From Vicugna vicugna (Eukaryota): a stretch of DNA of 64,000 nucleotides. The first letter of the stretch is position 1. Each line of letters begins with the position of its first letter. The DNA lies in the NCBI GenBank assembly GCA_013265495.1, contig MU058423.1, positions 5,252,745-5,316,744 on the forward strand, given 5' to 3'. Below are positions 14,200 to 26,810 of this stretch, in pieces. Under the pieces are notes generated by a model, which searched no databases, was not told where the DNA came from, and worked only from the letters and a program-made list of their open reading frames with translations. Made by a program: the position numbers and the translations under genes.

Positions 14200-15005
14200 T
14201 TTTTCAGATAATCAAACACTGATGGAGTTTATCACCAGTAAGTCTGCACTACAAAAAAAGTTTTAAAGACAGGATTTTTGCCGAAGGAAAATAATACCAG
14301 AGAGAAATTTGCATCTAAATGCAATGAGTAATACTGGAAATAATAAATATGTTTTAAATATATCTTTTGTCATTTAAAAATTTCTTTTCAAAGGTAATTG
14401 ACAGGATAAAATAAAGTGTCTTTTGGAAGTATAGGGTAAACAAAATACATAAGAAAAATAGCACAAAAGATGGGAAAGGGAAATGGAACTACAGTGTTGT
14501 ACAGTCCTTACACTAAATTGAAGTGGCATAGAATTATTGGAAAGTAGATTGTGTAAGTTTATGATGTACATTGCAGACCCTGAAGCAACCACCAAAAACA
14601 GATAAAAGAAGTTGCAGCTAATAATCAATAGTTGCAATAAACAGAATCCTAAAAAAAAACTAGTCCAAATGAGAGTCGGGAAGAAGCAGAAAAGCAGTAA
14701 AGAATAGATGGGAAAATAACATTTAGTGAGATACAGAATTAAACCCCACGAAACCATTCCTTGGATTAAATTGTGCAAACACTTAAATTCAAAAGCAGAG
14801 ACTGAAAAGTTTTATTAAAAAATTAAGATCCAACTATATGCTGTCTATAATAAATTCATATTAAATATAAAGTTGCAGTTAGGCTAAAAATTATGAGATG
14901 AAAAAAGATGTAACGTACAAATATTTATCTAAGAAAAAAAGGATAAAGTAGCTATATCACTATCGGACAAAGTAGATTTTAGAACAAGGACTGTTACCAA
15001 GATTT
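14200..15005 (+). mobile_element. Old LINE-1 ORF1 end, inter-ORF region and ORF2 start
   Basis: 'gatccaactatatgctgtcta' and 'gacaaagtagattttagaacaagg' correspond to the EN-domain N-terminus. Confidence 0.7.
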
Positions 15006-15709
15006 GAGATTTGTATTTGTAGTTCCTGGAGTTTCCAATAATCAAAATGAGGGCACTGAGTTTTAAGGGAGTTACAGCTCCAGAAATACTTCAACCTGGA
15101 AGCAGGGGACTAGTAGAGCTCACCCCTGATGCAATCCCCAGGTCTCAAACAGACAAGTGTAAGAAGAGTTCTGCTAAAGGGTTACAAGCCCCCCTTCACT
15201 TCTTTTAGACATGATCACAGATAAAATTGAGCAAAACAGATCCTTTCAGAGAACAGAAACAGAGATACACAGAAACCAAGAATCCATGCTATGGCCAAGA
15301 CACAGAATCGCTGATCTCTCACTCCAGACAACCATGTCATATGCTAGGTAAACACTGGATTTTGCATTCTGTATGTCTTCTGTTGACCTTCAAATGGATT
15401 TGATATTCTAATTACCCTGCCTGTCTATTTTGCTGATTTTTGTTGTTGCTGTTGCTGCTTCCACATGGTCATATACTGGAGTTGTTACAAGTGGTTAAGT
15501 TTATTATTTAGACAAAGTCTTCTGGACCATGACAAACAGCATCCTTACCTGATGAGGAAAGCATACTGAGACTTCTAGATTCAGAGTACACTGGTCCCAT
15601 GATACCAACGTGGGATTCAGCAAGGATGGGATTTAGAGCTATCCACCTTTGGGCGCTGGTGAGGGCATTTTTTACTACATGTGGAGTAATCATAGTAATA
15701 ATGACATTA

Positions 15710-15950
15710 ATAACAACTATCATTTACTGAATAGCTACTATTGCCAGGCATGATATCAGCCTTTCAAGTTAGGTAATTTCATTGCACCCTTCAAACTCTT
15801 CTCTGAGGTAGACTTCATTATTACTCTCATTTTTATAGATGCTTAAACAAAGCCTCAGACAAATTTTAAAAACTAGCTCAGAATCTTACAGCTAGAAAAT
15901 GTCACAGCTGGAATGTGAAGCCAAGCACCTCGTTTCTTAGATACCAAACC
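15710..15950 (-). mobile_element. MIR SINE
   Basis: 'catttactgaatagctactattgccaggca...ctcatttttatagatg...cagctagaaaatg'. Confidence 0.7.
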
Positions 15951-17494
15951 ATATATACATCAGGCACAAATGCTGTTGGTTATGTATGCTTGGAAAGAAA
16001 GGTGTGTGTCTGTGTATGTGCGTATGTGTTTGTGTGTGTGACAGCCCTCTTCCTACCTTGTAGCAAGAAGCTGTCTCATAAATCCAGAGGTGGAGCCTGA
16101 CGACCAAATTTGAGACTTTAAATTCACATATGCCTAAATCCTGAGTAACTCTTCACTTTTCAATAATATTTATCATTTCATTTCATTTAAGTTACCTTTG
16201 GCAAAGTACCTAATGTGTAAGGTCTTCAGTTCTTTCCTACTGACAAGAAAGATATTATATAAAATCTTTTAATAATTAACTGACTCACTCAGTATATATA
16301 TTTATATATAGGGGATCCCTTTCTACCAAGCTAAGGTACTGAAGAATTCATTAAGAGGAAACAGATTTTAGCCCCATTCTCAAGTTCATGTAAAGTAAGG
16401 CTTTAATACAGAATCAATAAATGGTTATTAAATAAATAAGTTAATTACAAATTCAGTGTTTTTAGACCAAAAATGTTGAACTATATATAGTTGGACACAA
16501 GGTTCTAAGCTTTGATTGCGTCCAATAAACACTAGAGATATAATAGAGAACTGAAAACATAAATGACAATTATTATTTTGTGTCCTCATTTGTAGCTCCA
16601 AAATTGATACAAAGAAAAACTATTTTATTTGAAATTTGACTTTTTAAATTTAGGCCAACAGCCAAATAAATGAACAAAGAAGCTTTTAAAGCCAAATGTG
16701 GCCTAGATTTTTTTTCTTTAAAGAAATAACTTTCTTTCTCTTTATTTTTTTTTGACCTGACTTAAAGCCTTCCACATCCAGAATAGATAAAATAGTACAA
16801 AACAGGCATTTACTTATGAAACAGCTCCTCACAAGTCACGATTAACCTCAACTGCAGATTTTGTTTCTAAGTTAGGCCCTTTTTTCCCTGTGCCCAATCA
16901 AAATGAACATTTCTGAAATTCTGTACACTGAGGGCTTATATTTTGTGGTATTTTAAAATAAGTATCAGTTGACCTGATTTTTCAAGATACACGAAATTCT
17001 GACAGGTTATGCTATGTGTGCTTTTGCAAAGTCATGGTATTTAAAATATATAAAACACATTTGTTTGCATCTTATATCATCCCCTGAGATGACCTAGAAT
17101 GACTAAGCAGTCACAGACAAATATTGGGGTCATTCCCTATTTCTTCATTGTTCATTATTAAGCATCTATTAGATGTATAATATGATTCACATTTATAACC
17201 AGAGTATAGACCCTAATTTCTATGATTTGAATTTTAAGTAGAGATAAGACTCTAGTAGAGATAAAATTTATGTTTGCTACAAAAATAGTGGTATATCCAG
17301 AGAGATGTGTGAAATGGGATGAGATTAGGACTAGTGAATATTAGGAGAATCCAACAGAGACTAGAAGTTCTGATTGTAGAGGAAAATGTACAACAGAAAG
17401 TTATGGGGTTATACAGTTGAAAGGCACAAAAGAATGTTTATTCCATGTTTTGATGTGTCCGTGTATCTTCACCATCATCATAAAAATCATCATC

Positions 17495-17700
17495 TTCATA
17501 ACTAACATTTGTTGAGCACTTGGAATGTTCCAGGCACTACTCCAAGAACTTTTCATATATTAATGAATTAATCTTTACCCTGTAGGATAGCTTTAAACAT
17601 CATATCCATTTTAGAGATGAGGAAGCTGAAGCAGGCTGAGAATAAAATAACTTCTCCAAAGTCAGACATGTAGTAAGTCATGGAACTGGATTTATACATA
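17495..17700 (-). mobile_element. MIR SINE
   Basis: 'aacatttgttgagcacttgg...ccattttagagatgaggaagctgaagc'. Confidence 0.75.
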
Positions 17701-17739
17701 TTATGTTATCCAAGTGGACCACTAGCATGTGTGTGTATT

Positions 17740-17826
17740 TTATATATATATAAAATATATTTATATATATATTATATATATATTATTGTATATTATATAT
17801 ATTATATATATAATTATATATATATA
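17740..17826. repeat. Imperfect (TA)n microsatellite
   Basis: Directly visible. Confidence 0.9.
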
Positions 17827-18999
17827 GTGTGGGATATAAATATGCAGTTTAAATATTCTTTTTAAATATTACAATTATTATTTCTCAATGCCTTCTTGGA
17901 CTTTTCGTCCAATTTTATAAATCTTATAATCATAATTCACTTGCAGAAGCAACTGGATTGATCAGTTGATCTGATGAAGTGTCAATTGACCTTTTCTTGA
18001 GTATTATTAGGTGTAGTCTCAGAAACATTCTGGTCACAGAAATGTAACATTCATTATGTCATGTTAAGAACTTGATGAACCCATGCACCATAGAATTCTT
18101 TTTGGTATACCTAATATTCAGTCTTTAAAACTTTGTCAGCTTGTATGCATGGAATCTCCTTATTATGATACTTAACCTCACTCCTCTACTTTTTCAAGTC
18201 TTCTTTTTTAAATCAGGGTAACTGTTTATTCAGGACAGAAGGGACATTGGGTAAACGCTAGTGTATTATGTACATCAATACATTGTTTTTTGTAGATCTA
18301 ATACAATGCTCAGAAGTCTATGTAGTGCACCATACTCCCTTAAATACACATAAAAAATAGCCTGTGAATGAAACCTAACTAGGAATGTGAATAATCTTAA
18401 ATGAGAAATAATTCTATAATTGAGTTACATTTGGGAGTATTTAGAAATTATTTATAGGGCATCTAGTATACCTAAAGAATAAAGCAAACAGTCACAAATT
18501 AGTTTATAATCTAGTGTGGAGATTCAAATAATACAGAGAAAATAAGCAATACATTGATGGGGGAAATGGTGATTTCAAATGAATACAGAACTAACTAAAA
18601 CTGTATGTTTCAAGTCCCATTTTTGAGAAATGAGATTCAGATATCTCCACTGGGTCTGAGCGTGTAAAAGAAGTCTAGTGAGAGGCACTTATTTTAAATC
18701 TTGTATCACATTTGTGGTTATCGTAAACTGGCTGGGCAGATTGTGAACAAGAAAATCTGACATAAGGCTATTGTATTACATCCTAGCAAAGGAAACTACT
18801 TCATATTTTAGAAAAAGAAAGAAAAAAAGTAGACATTATAATATAAGGCACTTTGTGTTTTTTAGGTATTTCTAGTTTTTCATGTCAAGAAAAAAAACTT
18901 AGCTCTCACATAGAAGAAATCTCCACTTTCAGTTTTCTTCTGCCTGTGCTTCCATGTGAAGTCAGAAGATGAGGAATGAGCACATAAGAAATATAGGAT

Positions 19000-19330
19000 G
19001 AAGCCAATCAAAAAGTACAAGCTTCCAGTTTAAGATGAGTAAGTACCAGAAATGTAATGTATAACATGATAAATATAATTAACAATGCTCTATGTTATAT
19101 ATGAAAGCTGTTAAGAAAATAAATCCTAAGAGTTCTCATCATAGAGAAGTATTTTATTAATTTATTTAATTTTGTATCTATATGAGATGATGGATGCTCA
19201 CTAAACTTTTAGTGATAATCATTTCATGATGTATGTGAATCATTAGGTGGTATACCTTAAACTTATACAGTCCTGTATGTCAGTTATATCTCAATAAGAC
19301 TGGAAGAAAACAAACAAACAAACAAACAAA
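19000..19330 (+). mobile_element. LINE-1 3' UTR fragment (L1MA-like) with (CAAA)n tail
   Basis: 'aagtacaagcttccagtt...tataccttaaacttatacag...ttatatctcaataag'. Confidence 0.8.
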
Positions 19331-19336
19331 GGAATA

Positions 19337-21684
19337 CAACTGTACCTCAGAGATATTGTGGGTTCGTTCCAGACCACCAAAAATAAAGCAAATATTTCAG
19401 TAAAGAGAGTCACATAAATTTTTGGTTTCTCAGTGCATATTAAAGTTATGTTTACACTGTAGACTATTAAGGATGCAGTATCATTATGTCTTAAAAAAAA
19501 CAATGTACATACCTACTTGAAAATACTTTATTGCTAAAAAACACTAACCATCATCTGAGCCTTTAGTTAGTCATAATTTTTTGTTAGTGAGGCTTTTCCA
19601 TCAATGTTGATGTCTCTGACTGATTAAGGGTGGTGGTAGCTAAAAGCTGGGGTGGCTGTGACAAGTTCTTAAAATACGACAACAATGAAGTTTCCTGCAC
19701 TGATTGACTCTTCCTTTCATGAACAACTTCTCTATAGCAGGCAGTGCTGTTTAATAGCATTTTACCCAAAGTAGAATTTCTTTCAAAATTGGACTTAATC
19801 CCCTCAAAGCCTGTCCCTGCTTTATCAGCTATGTTTACATAATATTTTTAATCCTTTATTGTCATTTTAACAATCTTCACAGTATCTTTACCAGGAGTAG
19901 AGTCCATATAAAGAAACCATTTTCCTTGCTCATCCATAAGAAGCAACTCCTCATCCTTCAGGTTTGATCATGAGATCGCAGTGATTCAGTCACATCTTCA
20001 GATTCTACTTCCAATTCTAGTTCTCTTGCTGGTTACACCATACCTGCAGTGTCTTCCTCCACTGAAGTCTTGAACCTCTCAAAGTCATCCATGAGGGCTG
20101 GAATCAACTTCTTCCAAACTCTTGTTTATGTCGGTATCCTGACTTCTTCCCATGAGTCACAAATGTCTTTAATGGAATCCAGAATGGTGAATCCTTTCCA
20201 GAATGTTTTCAATTTACCTTGCCTACACCGATTTGAGGAATCACTATCTATGGCAGCTCTAGCCTTACAAAATATACTTCTTAAATAATAAAACTTGAAA
20301 GTCAAAATTACTCCTTGATCCATGGGCTGCAGAATGGATGCTGTACTAGCAGGCATGAAAAAAAAAATCAATCTCACTGTACATCTCCATCAGCACTCTT
20401 GAGTGACCACGTGCACTGCCAATGAGCAGTGATACGTTGAAAGGAATCTGTATTTCTGAGCAGTAGGTCTCAACAGTGGGCTTAAAATATTCAGTAATCC
20501 ATGCTGTACACAGATATGCTGTCATCCAGGCCTTGTTGTTCTACTTATAGAGCACAGACAGGTCAATTTAGTGTAATCCTTAATGGCCCTAGGATTTTCA
20601 GAATGGTAAATGAGCATTTACTTCAAGTCACCAGCTGCATTAGCCCCTGTCAAGACAGTTGGCCTGTTTTTTTGAAGCTTTGAAAGTAGGCATTGACTTC
20701 TCCTCTCTAGCTATGAAAGTCCTAGACAGCATCTTCTTCCAAAAGAAGGCTACTTCATCTGCTTTGAAAACCTGTTGTTTAGTGTAGGCATCTTCATTAG
20801 TTATCTTAGCTAGATCTAGATAATTTTTGGCAGCTTCTACATCAGCATTTGCTGCTTCACCTTGCTTTTTATTGAGACTGCGTCTTTCCTTAAGCCCCAT
20901 GAATCAACCTCTGATAGCTTCAGACTTCTCTTCTGCAGCTTCCTCACATCTCTCAGCCTTCATCGATTTAAAAGAGTTAAGTCCTTGCTATGGGTTAGTT
21001 AGTGTTTGGCTTATGTGAACATTGTGGCTGGTTTGATCGACTCAGACAACTAAAACCTCCCTATCAGCAAGAAGGCTGTTTTGCTTTCTGATCATTCATG
21101 TTCACTGAGTAGCATCCTTAACTTTAAGAACTTCTCCTTCACATTTATAACTTGGATAACTCTTTTACACAAGAGGCCCAGCTTTCAGTCTCTTAGGTAT
21201 TGACATGTGTTCCTCACTAAACTTAATTGTTTCTAGCGTTTGAGGTACAGTGAGAGAGTTCAAGTGAGTTTCACTTTAACGCTTAAAAAAGGCCATTACA
21301 GAGTTATTAATTGGCCTAATTTCAATAGTGTTGTGTCTTAGGGAATAGAAAAGCTTGAAGAAAGGGAGAGAAATGGAGGAAAAGTCAGAACATACACATT
21401 TACTAAGTTTGCAGTTTTTATGAGAGTCATTTGTGGCACCACAAAATGATTACAATAGTAACATCAAAGATCACTGATCACAGATCACTATAACAATAAC
21501 AATAAAGTTTGAAATATCCAAGAATTACCAAAACGTGACACAATGACATGAAGTGAATAAATGATGTTGGAAAAATTACACAAATAGACTCACTCAATGT
21601 AAGGTTGCCAAAAACTTTCAATTTAAAAAATGCAATGTCTTTAAAGTATGATAAAGTGAAGAGCAATAAAATGAGGTGTGCCTG
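19337..21684 (-). mobile_element. Near full-length Tigger1 (TcMar/pogo) DNA transposon with decayed transposase
   Basis: TA at 19335-19336 and 21685-21686; termini 'caactgtacctcagagatattg' and 'gcaataaaatgaggtgtgcctg'; transposase fragments [46 protein letters not shown]. Confidence 0.95.
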
Positions 21685-22157
21685 TAGAGGCAGAGGCCTG
21701 TTTCAACCCCAAGCACCCACACACATACACACACTTCCACTTAACCTAGAGGTGCGTATACATCTAAGTAGAAACCTAGAATTAAATCTCTGTGTGTTTG
21801 TTTATTTTCTGTATCAGTTGAAGATATCTACATAGTCACAGCCTGTTTGGATGAGAAATGAGTCCTTCAGCTCTCCCTGTTTCATGAGCTGGGCTGGGGC
21901 AGAAAGGAATATAACACTGTAAGAAAATATTTTCTGATGCAACCTTTCATTCCCAGCATGAAGAGAAAAACATTGTAAATTTCTTTGAAGTAGCTGCATA
22001 CAAATTCCACTTCTTTCTCTCCTCATTTTACTAACAAGGCAAACGGACTTTTCTATGATAGCATAGTCACAATTTATTTCATTTCCAAAATAATAGGCTA
22101 TTTCTGATTAAAGTCAACATTGGCAGAAGTCTAGGTTCTACCTATAATTTAAATAAA

Positions 22158-22195
22158 TACACACACACACTCACACACACACACACACACACACA
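22158..22195. repeat. (CA)n microsatellite
   Basis: Directly visible, with one interruption. Confidence 0.95.
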
Positions 22196-25065
22196 TCCTC
22201 AGCCTCGTATTATCCTGACATCTGTGTGTGTTCGTGTGTATATATTTTGGTTTTGTTTTCTTGGCCAAGGCTCTGTATAAATATCACCGGCCTAACTCCA
22301 AATTCAGTGTGTGCCATTCTTTCTTCACTAACTATGGTTTGATTATATTCTTCAATGTTCTTTCCACCATGAGTGTTTGATATATGCTGGTCTCTTTTTC
22401 TGGTACACTCCACATTTTGTTGTCAAAAAAGTCCATGATTTCCAGTATAAATGAAATTTCCCTGAATAAATCTTTAACATGCAAGTTTCCTGTAACGTGT
22501 CCCTTAACACCTTATCACAAGTAAACATATATCTGTGTGATCATTGTTATTATTTATTTCCACAACTAGACTATAAATTCTGTATCTTTCTATTTGAGAA
22601 TGATTTCCCTAGAATCCAGCCTCCATGTCTTTTGTGTTAAGAATGATTTTCCTAGAATCTAGCATAGTGCCTAATTCTCAATAAGCAATTTTGGAATAGA
22701 TGGATTGATTAACAAATCTCATGTCTGTTTCTGAACTAGTCAAAATATAAAAGTATATTTTAAATGGAAAATTAGCAGAGGGCTTCCAAATAAAATTTAA
22801 AAGAATGGTTTTGTGAAGCTAAAAGTATTATTAAATTATTGGATGGACATTCTAGCAAGTCTAGATTCAAACAGAAAAAGCCTAACATCTGTATTTGATG
22901 CTGATCAGGCCAATAAAAACTGAGAAATATTCTTTTCCCAGAAAAAACAGCCATATTTTATTCTATAAATTTAGGTGTTTTTTTTTAACGTATTTGTAAA
23001 GAATTATTTCCTGGAGAAATTAATTATGTATAAAAAATAAGGTATCCCAAGTCATTAATTAGCACTAACATTTTATCTATGTCACTGATGTGTCAGCTGC
23101 ATAACAAATACACATAAAGTATAACACATAAGGAATATGCATGCCCATTTTAACCAAAGAATCAAAATAAATTCTAAAAATGGTGTTATAGTCAGTGGAT
23201 ACATTTCAGAAAAAAACTGCTCAAATAGCACAATACATTAATTTTCTATCCAGGTAGCTAGGAGATTTAGAAATCAAAGGTTATATTTCATCTTTGTGTT
23301 AAAAGCCAAATCATTCCAAAGCTAACTCAAATCACTTCTTTCTCTCTAAACAGGAACCTTGACTCCTGAGACATTCCTGTTGACTGTTTCTCAGGCCAAT
23401 GCGTTTACTTTGTTTTTGTTGTTAAAATTTAAGTACGTTTCATATGTGCAGTATTTGGTCTTCAGAGTTTTAAATTATTTTCACATACCAAAACTTTTTT
23501 TTCCTCTATCTGAATGATTACCAATTTTAAATACCCACAGGTAATATGCCTTTATCATTTCTGCTTTAAATTGTATCCTTTTATAGCCTGAAAGGGTGAT
23601 TTTGTATATTTATTTACTTACTAATTTACTTACTTATAAAACCTAACAAACAGAAATCTTGGTACTGTATACAAATAATCTCCTTCTTTGCAGGAAATTT
23701 CTCTTCAGGGACTGCCATCATTAGAGCCCTTCACCAAACACTCTACACAGCAAATCTCTTGACCCTTTCACATTTCTTCCCTTCTTTGGCAAAGTGTGAT
23801 CTGTTCATGTAAAGGTAGAACACCATCAAATTAGCCAAGAGTTTTATTCTAGGACCATAAAAATTGATTTAAAATAGTGTTTTTGTAATTTTTTGAATTC
23901 ATGTCAAATAAATTCATGATTCATACTGTTGCTATTTAAGAACACGTAGGAGTTTATACAAACTGTTACTGAAAGGAGGTTAAAACACCATCAGCTTAAG
24001 AAAACTTGTTGTCCACTTCCTCTATCAGCACTGCTGGAGTAATGATGGCCCAGACGGGAATGAACATCATTAGCCTAAACTGGTCCAGCACTATGGACAG
24101 TGGCCTAACAAGAAATGATGTTTCCTCAAGCAAAAATGGCAGAAAAGGCAATCTGACTTTTCGCTCTTTCAAAATGCTGCAAAATGACCCAGCATCCTAC
24201 CCTTCCTCTGCCTTTGCAGATGCAACTTCCTTACCACTTTATTCCTCAAGCAGAATCAAGGGTGAAATTGGAATAGGCTACCTTTCCAATCAGACTCAGG
24301 CTTGTTTTCCTTTTTTAACTTATTTTATTTTTAAATGGGTTGCAACAAAGGACGTACCACCATGAATAAGAATGCTATTTTAATTTTGTCAAACTCCTGT
24401 ACTTTCCTGTTAAGTCTATATGGGGATTTTTTTTAATCTTCTAGAACTTCTAAGTTATACCTGCAAAGTAGGAAATTTTTCTAGTAATATGCTTGTGGTT
24501 TTTGAATATTTTTCTTGCCATTAAATTTTATTTTCTGACTTAAGTTTTTATTAAAAATTAGACTATTTACCTGGTCATTGTACTTTTAGATCTATAGTTA
24601 ATCTTATCCTAGGTCTATGATAGTTCTCAGTTTACAATCTGTAATTTACTAAATACTTTGTGTATATTTAATATATATCTATTAAAAAAAAAACACTCAG
24701 CCTCTCCAATTGTGATACAGGAAGGCTCAGAGTACAGATGCCAAGGCATAGTTCTGTACAAAGAGGTTGCTGTACAGAATCTAACTATTTTGTCACAAAT
24801 AATGCAGAGATCTCTGCAATTTTTGGGGTTTACTTCATAGTAATACCAGAAGAAACATTTGACCTCTTAGCTATAATAAGCCAAGAGCCCACATATGGGA
24901 ACACAACATAGGGCAATCCAGTACCCTAATTCACTTCCTCTTCAACTCTGGGATGTACTGCAACCATGTCTTACTGCATAAGGCCTTGATTCTCATGCTG
25001 TATTTGGGCCTTTGAAAGGTTGATTGCATCGGGAATGGGGAATGTAGCAAACTAACGTATTTTCC

Positions 25066-26810
25066 TGTGTCAGTCACCAAAGGTTTGATCATGTTCAGTC
25101 ACAAATACTCCCAAATTTCAATAGTATAAAACAACAAAAGTGTATTCCTTCCTTATGCTGTAGGTCCACTGAAAGTCAGTAATGGGTGGAGGACGGGCAG
25201 TCTCCCAACCAACCATCCAAGAACAAAGCTGACACAGAAGCCTTCACCAAAGGCTGGATGCCGTTCCAGAGGAAATGTTATTCCTGCTGTCTTAAACTGT
25301 CAAGTAAATTCCTGGCAGGGAAATGTCATGCACCACTTAGGCCTGTATATCAATCATAGGTCAGAACTACTCAGATGCTCCCACTCAACCACAAGCAGAC
25401 CCAAAAATGAACTCCTAACATTTTCCCCAAAAGAGAAAGGGAATAAAAATATTTGGTAAGTAGCACCAATAACTATGATAGTTCTCCTTTCTGGCTATCA
25501 GAATCTCCCCTCACCCTCCTCTCCACACTCCACATGCACTACCCCTCCCTCACCTTCCAAGGGAAACACAAGTCCCATCCAGTTCCTGCATCAAGCCAGA
25601 GTCAAGGAAGTCAGGGAGACAGATGCCAGTCTCTGCATGAATTCTGGGTATGGCTTCATATCCAGAAGGTTGAGGCAAGGATTGTTTAAATCTTAAGTCT
25701 CAAACTGTCCTAATTACCATTTATTTTATTTTATTTTATTTTATTTGGTCTTTTCCACAAGCTTAGCCAACTTCCTACTAGACTAGTTTCTAGTCAGTTC
25801 CATGTGGTAACAATTTCACAGAGTATTTTTATTTGTTTGGAGACATGCCTCACTATAACTTGAAAAATAATTATGGCACACTGGGCCTATCAGGTTTTGG
25901 AAGGAAAGCCATAATTTCTTTCTCTGAAAGTATTTCCTGGGTATTGCCTCAAACAATTAAGAGGTTTTAGTAATAAGCATGAGTGTGAATGTGACTAGTG
26001 ATTTCAACCATGCAAAAGGATAGGTTCTAAGCAGACATCCTTGCTCAAAACCTCATCAGTTTTGTATTTCACACACCAGAGATGAGAGAAGTTGCCTCTT
26101 CTAACTCACCTACTCGCCAAATCTCAGGATCCTCTATTGATTTTCATTTTTTTTCTCTGTAATGACAGCCAACTATTTCATGTTTGTCTCTTTTTTGTTG
26201 TATTTTGTAAATGTAGCCAATAATAACAAGCAAAGACTGCTAGCATTCTATTTTTCAAACCTCTTATTTTGGAATATAACTCCTTAGGCACATTATTTCT
26301 TTTTAACATCACTGCAGGCAACAAGTTTACCAAATGTTTTGCCACTACATTACAAATTCCATTTTCCAATCCTTTAATTACAGCTTTTGCTCTGTTTGCC
26401 ATGTGGTCTATAATGATTTTATTACAGTAGCATCCCCCAACTAGGTACCAATTTCTGTATCAAAAGAATTGGCTGAATTATGCTACAGTAACAAAAAATT
26501 TCAAAATCTTAGTGGCTTACAATAACAAAAATGTATTTCTTGGTCACATTATACTCCTTAAAGCTGGATAGAGAATTCTCTCATGTTGATATAGTAGGTG
26601 CAATCTTAAACATTGTTAGTTGCCATGGCAAAGAAAAAAAGGATGTTTTGGAAAGATTCAAAAAAAATTAAATGCTCAGCCTGGAAATAACATTCTCATT
26701 AGCCATAATCAATCACATGGTTAAAGTAATCTGTAAGAAAGCCAGAAAATGCACGTCTAACATGTAACTAAAAGGAAGAAGAATTAGATATATTTGGCCA
26801 ATAACCATGA
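25066..26810 (-). mobile_element. MLT1 (MaLR) element with LTR-internal-LTR structure
   Basis: Similar LTRs at 25066-25479 and 26456-26810; MaLR LTR/internal junction 'ggtaccaatttctgta' at ~26444-26459; internal motif 'ttaccaaatgttttgccactac'. Confidence 0.75.

Noticed and set aside
15010..15680. Possible ancient LTR ending 'tactaca'
   Set aside because: No family-diagnostic motif or TSD that I could support
19584..20900. Possible domesticated TIGD-like gene
   Set aside because: The transposase is broken across frames by stops and frameshifts, and the transposon termini are retained
22598..22663. 23-bp direct repeat gaatgattt(c/t)cctagaatc(c/t)agc with a 20-bp spacer
   Set aside because: Only two copies, inside an L2 tail; a local duplication, not a CRISPR-like array
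24006..24365. 119-aa ORF in unique DNA
   Set aside because: Non-ATG start, no recognisable homology and no convincing splice context
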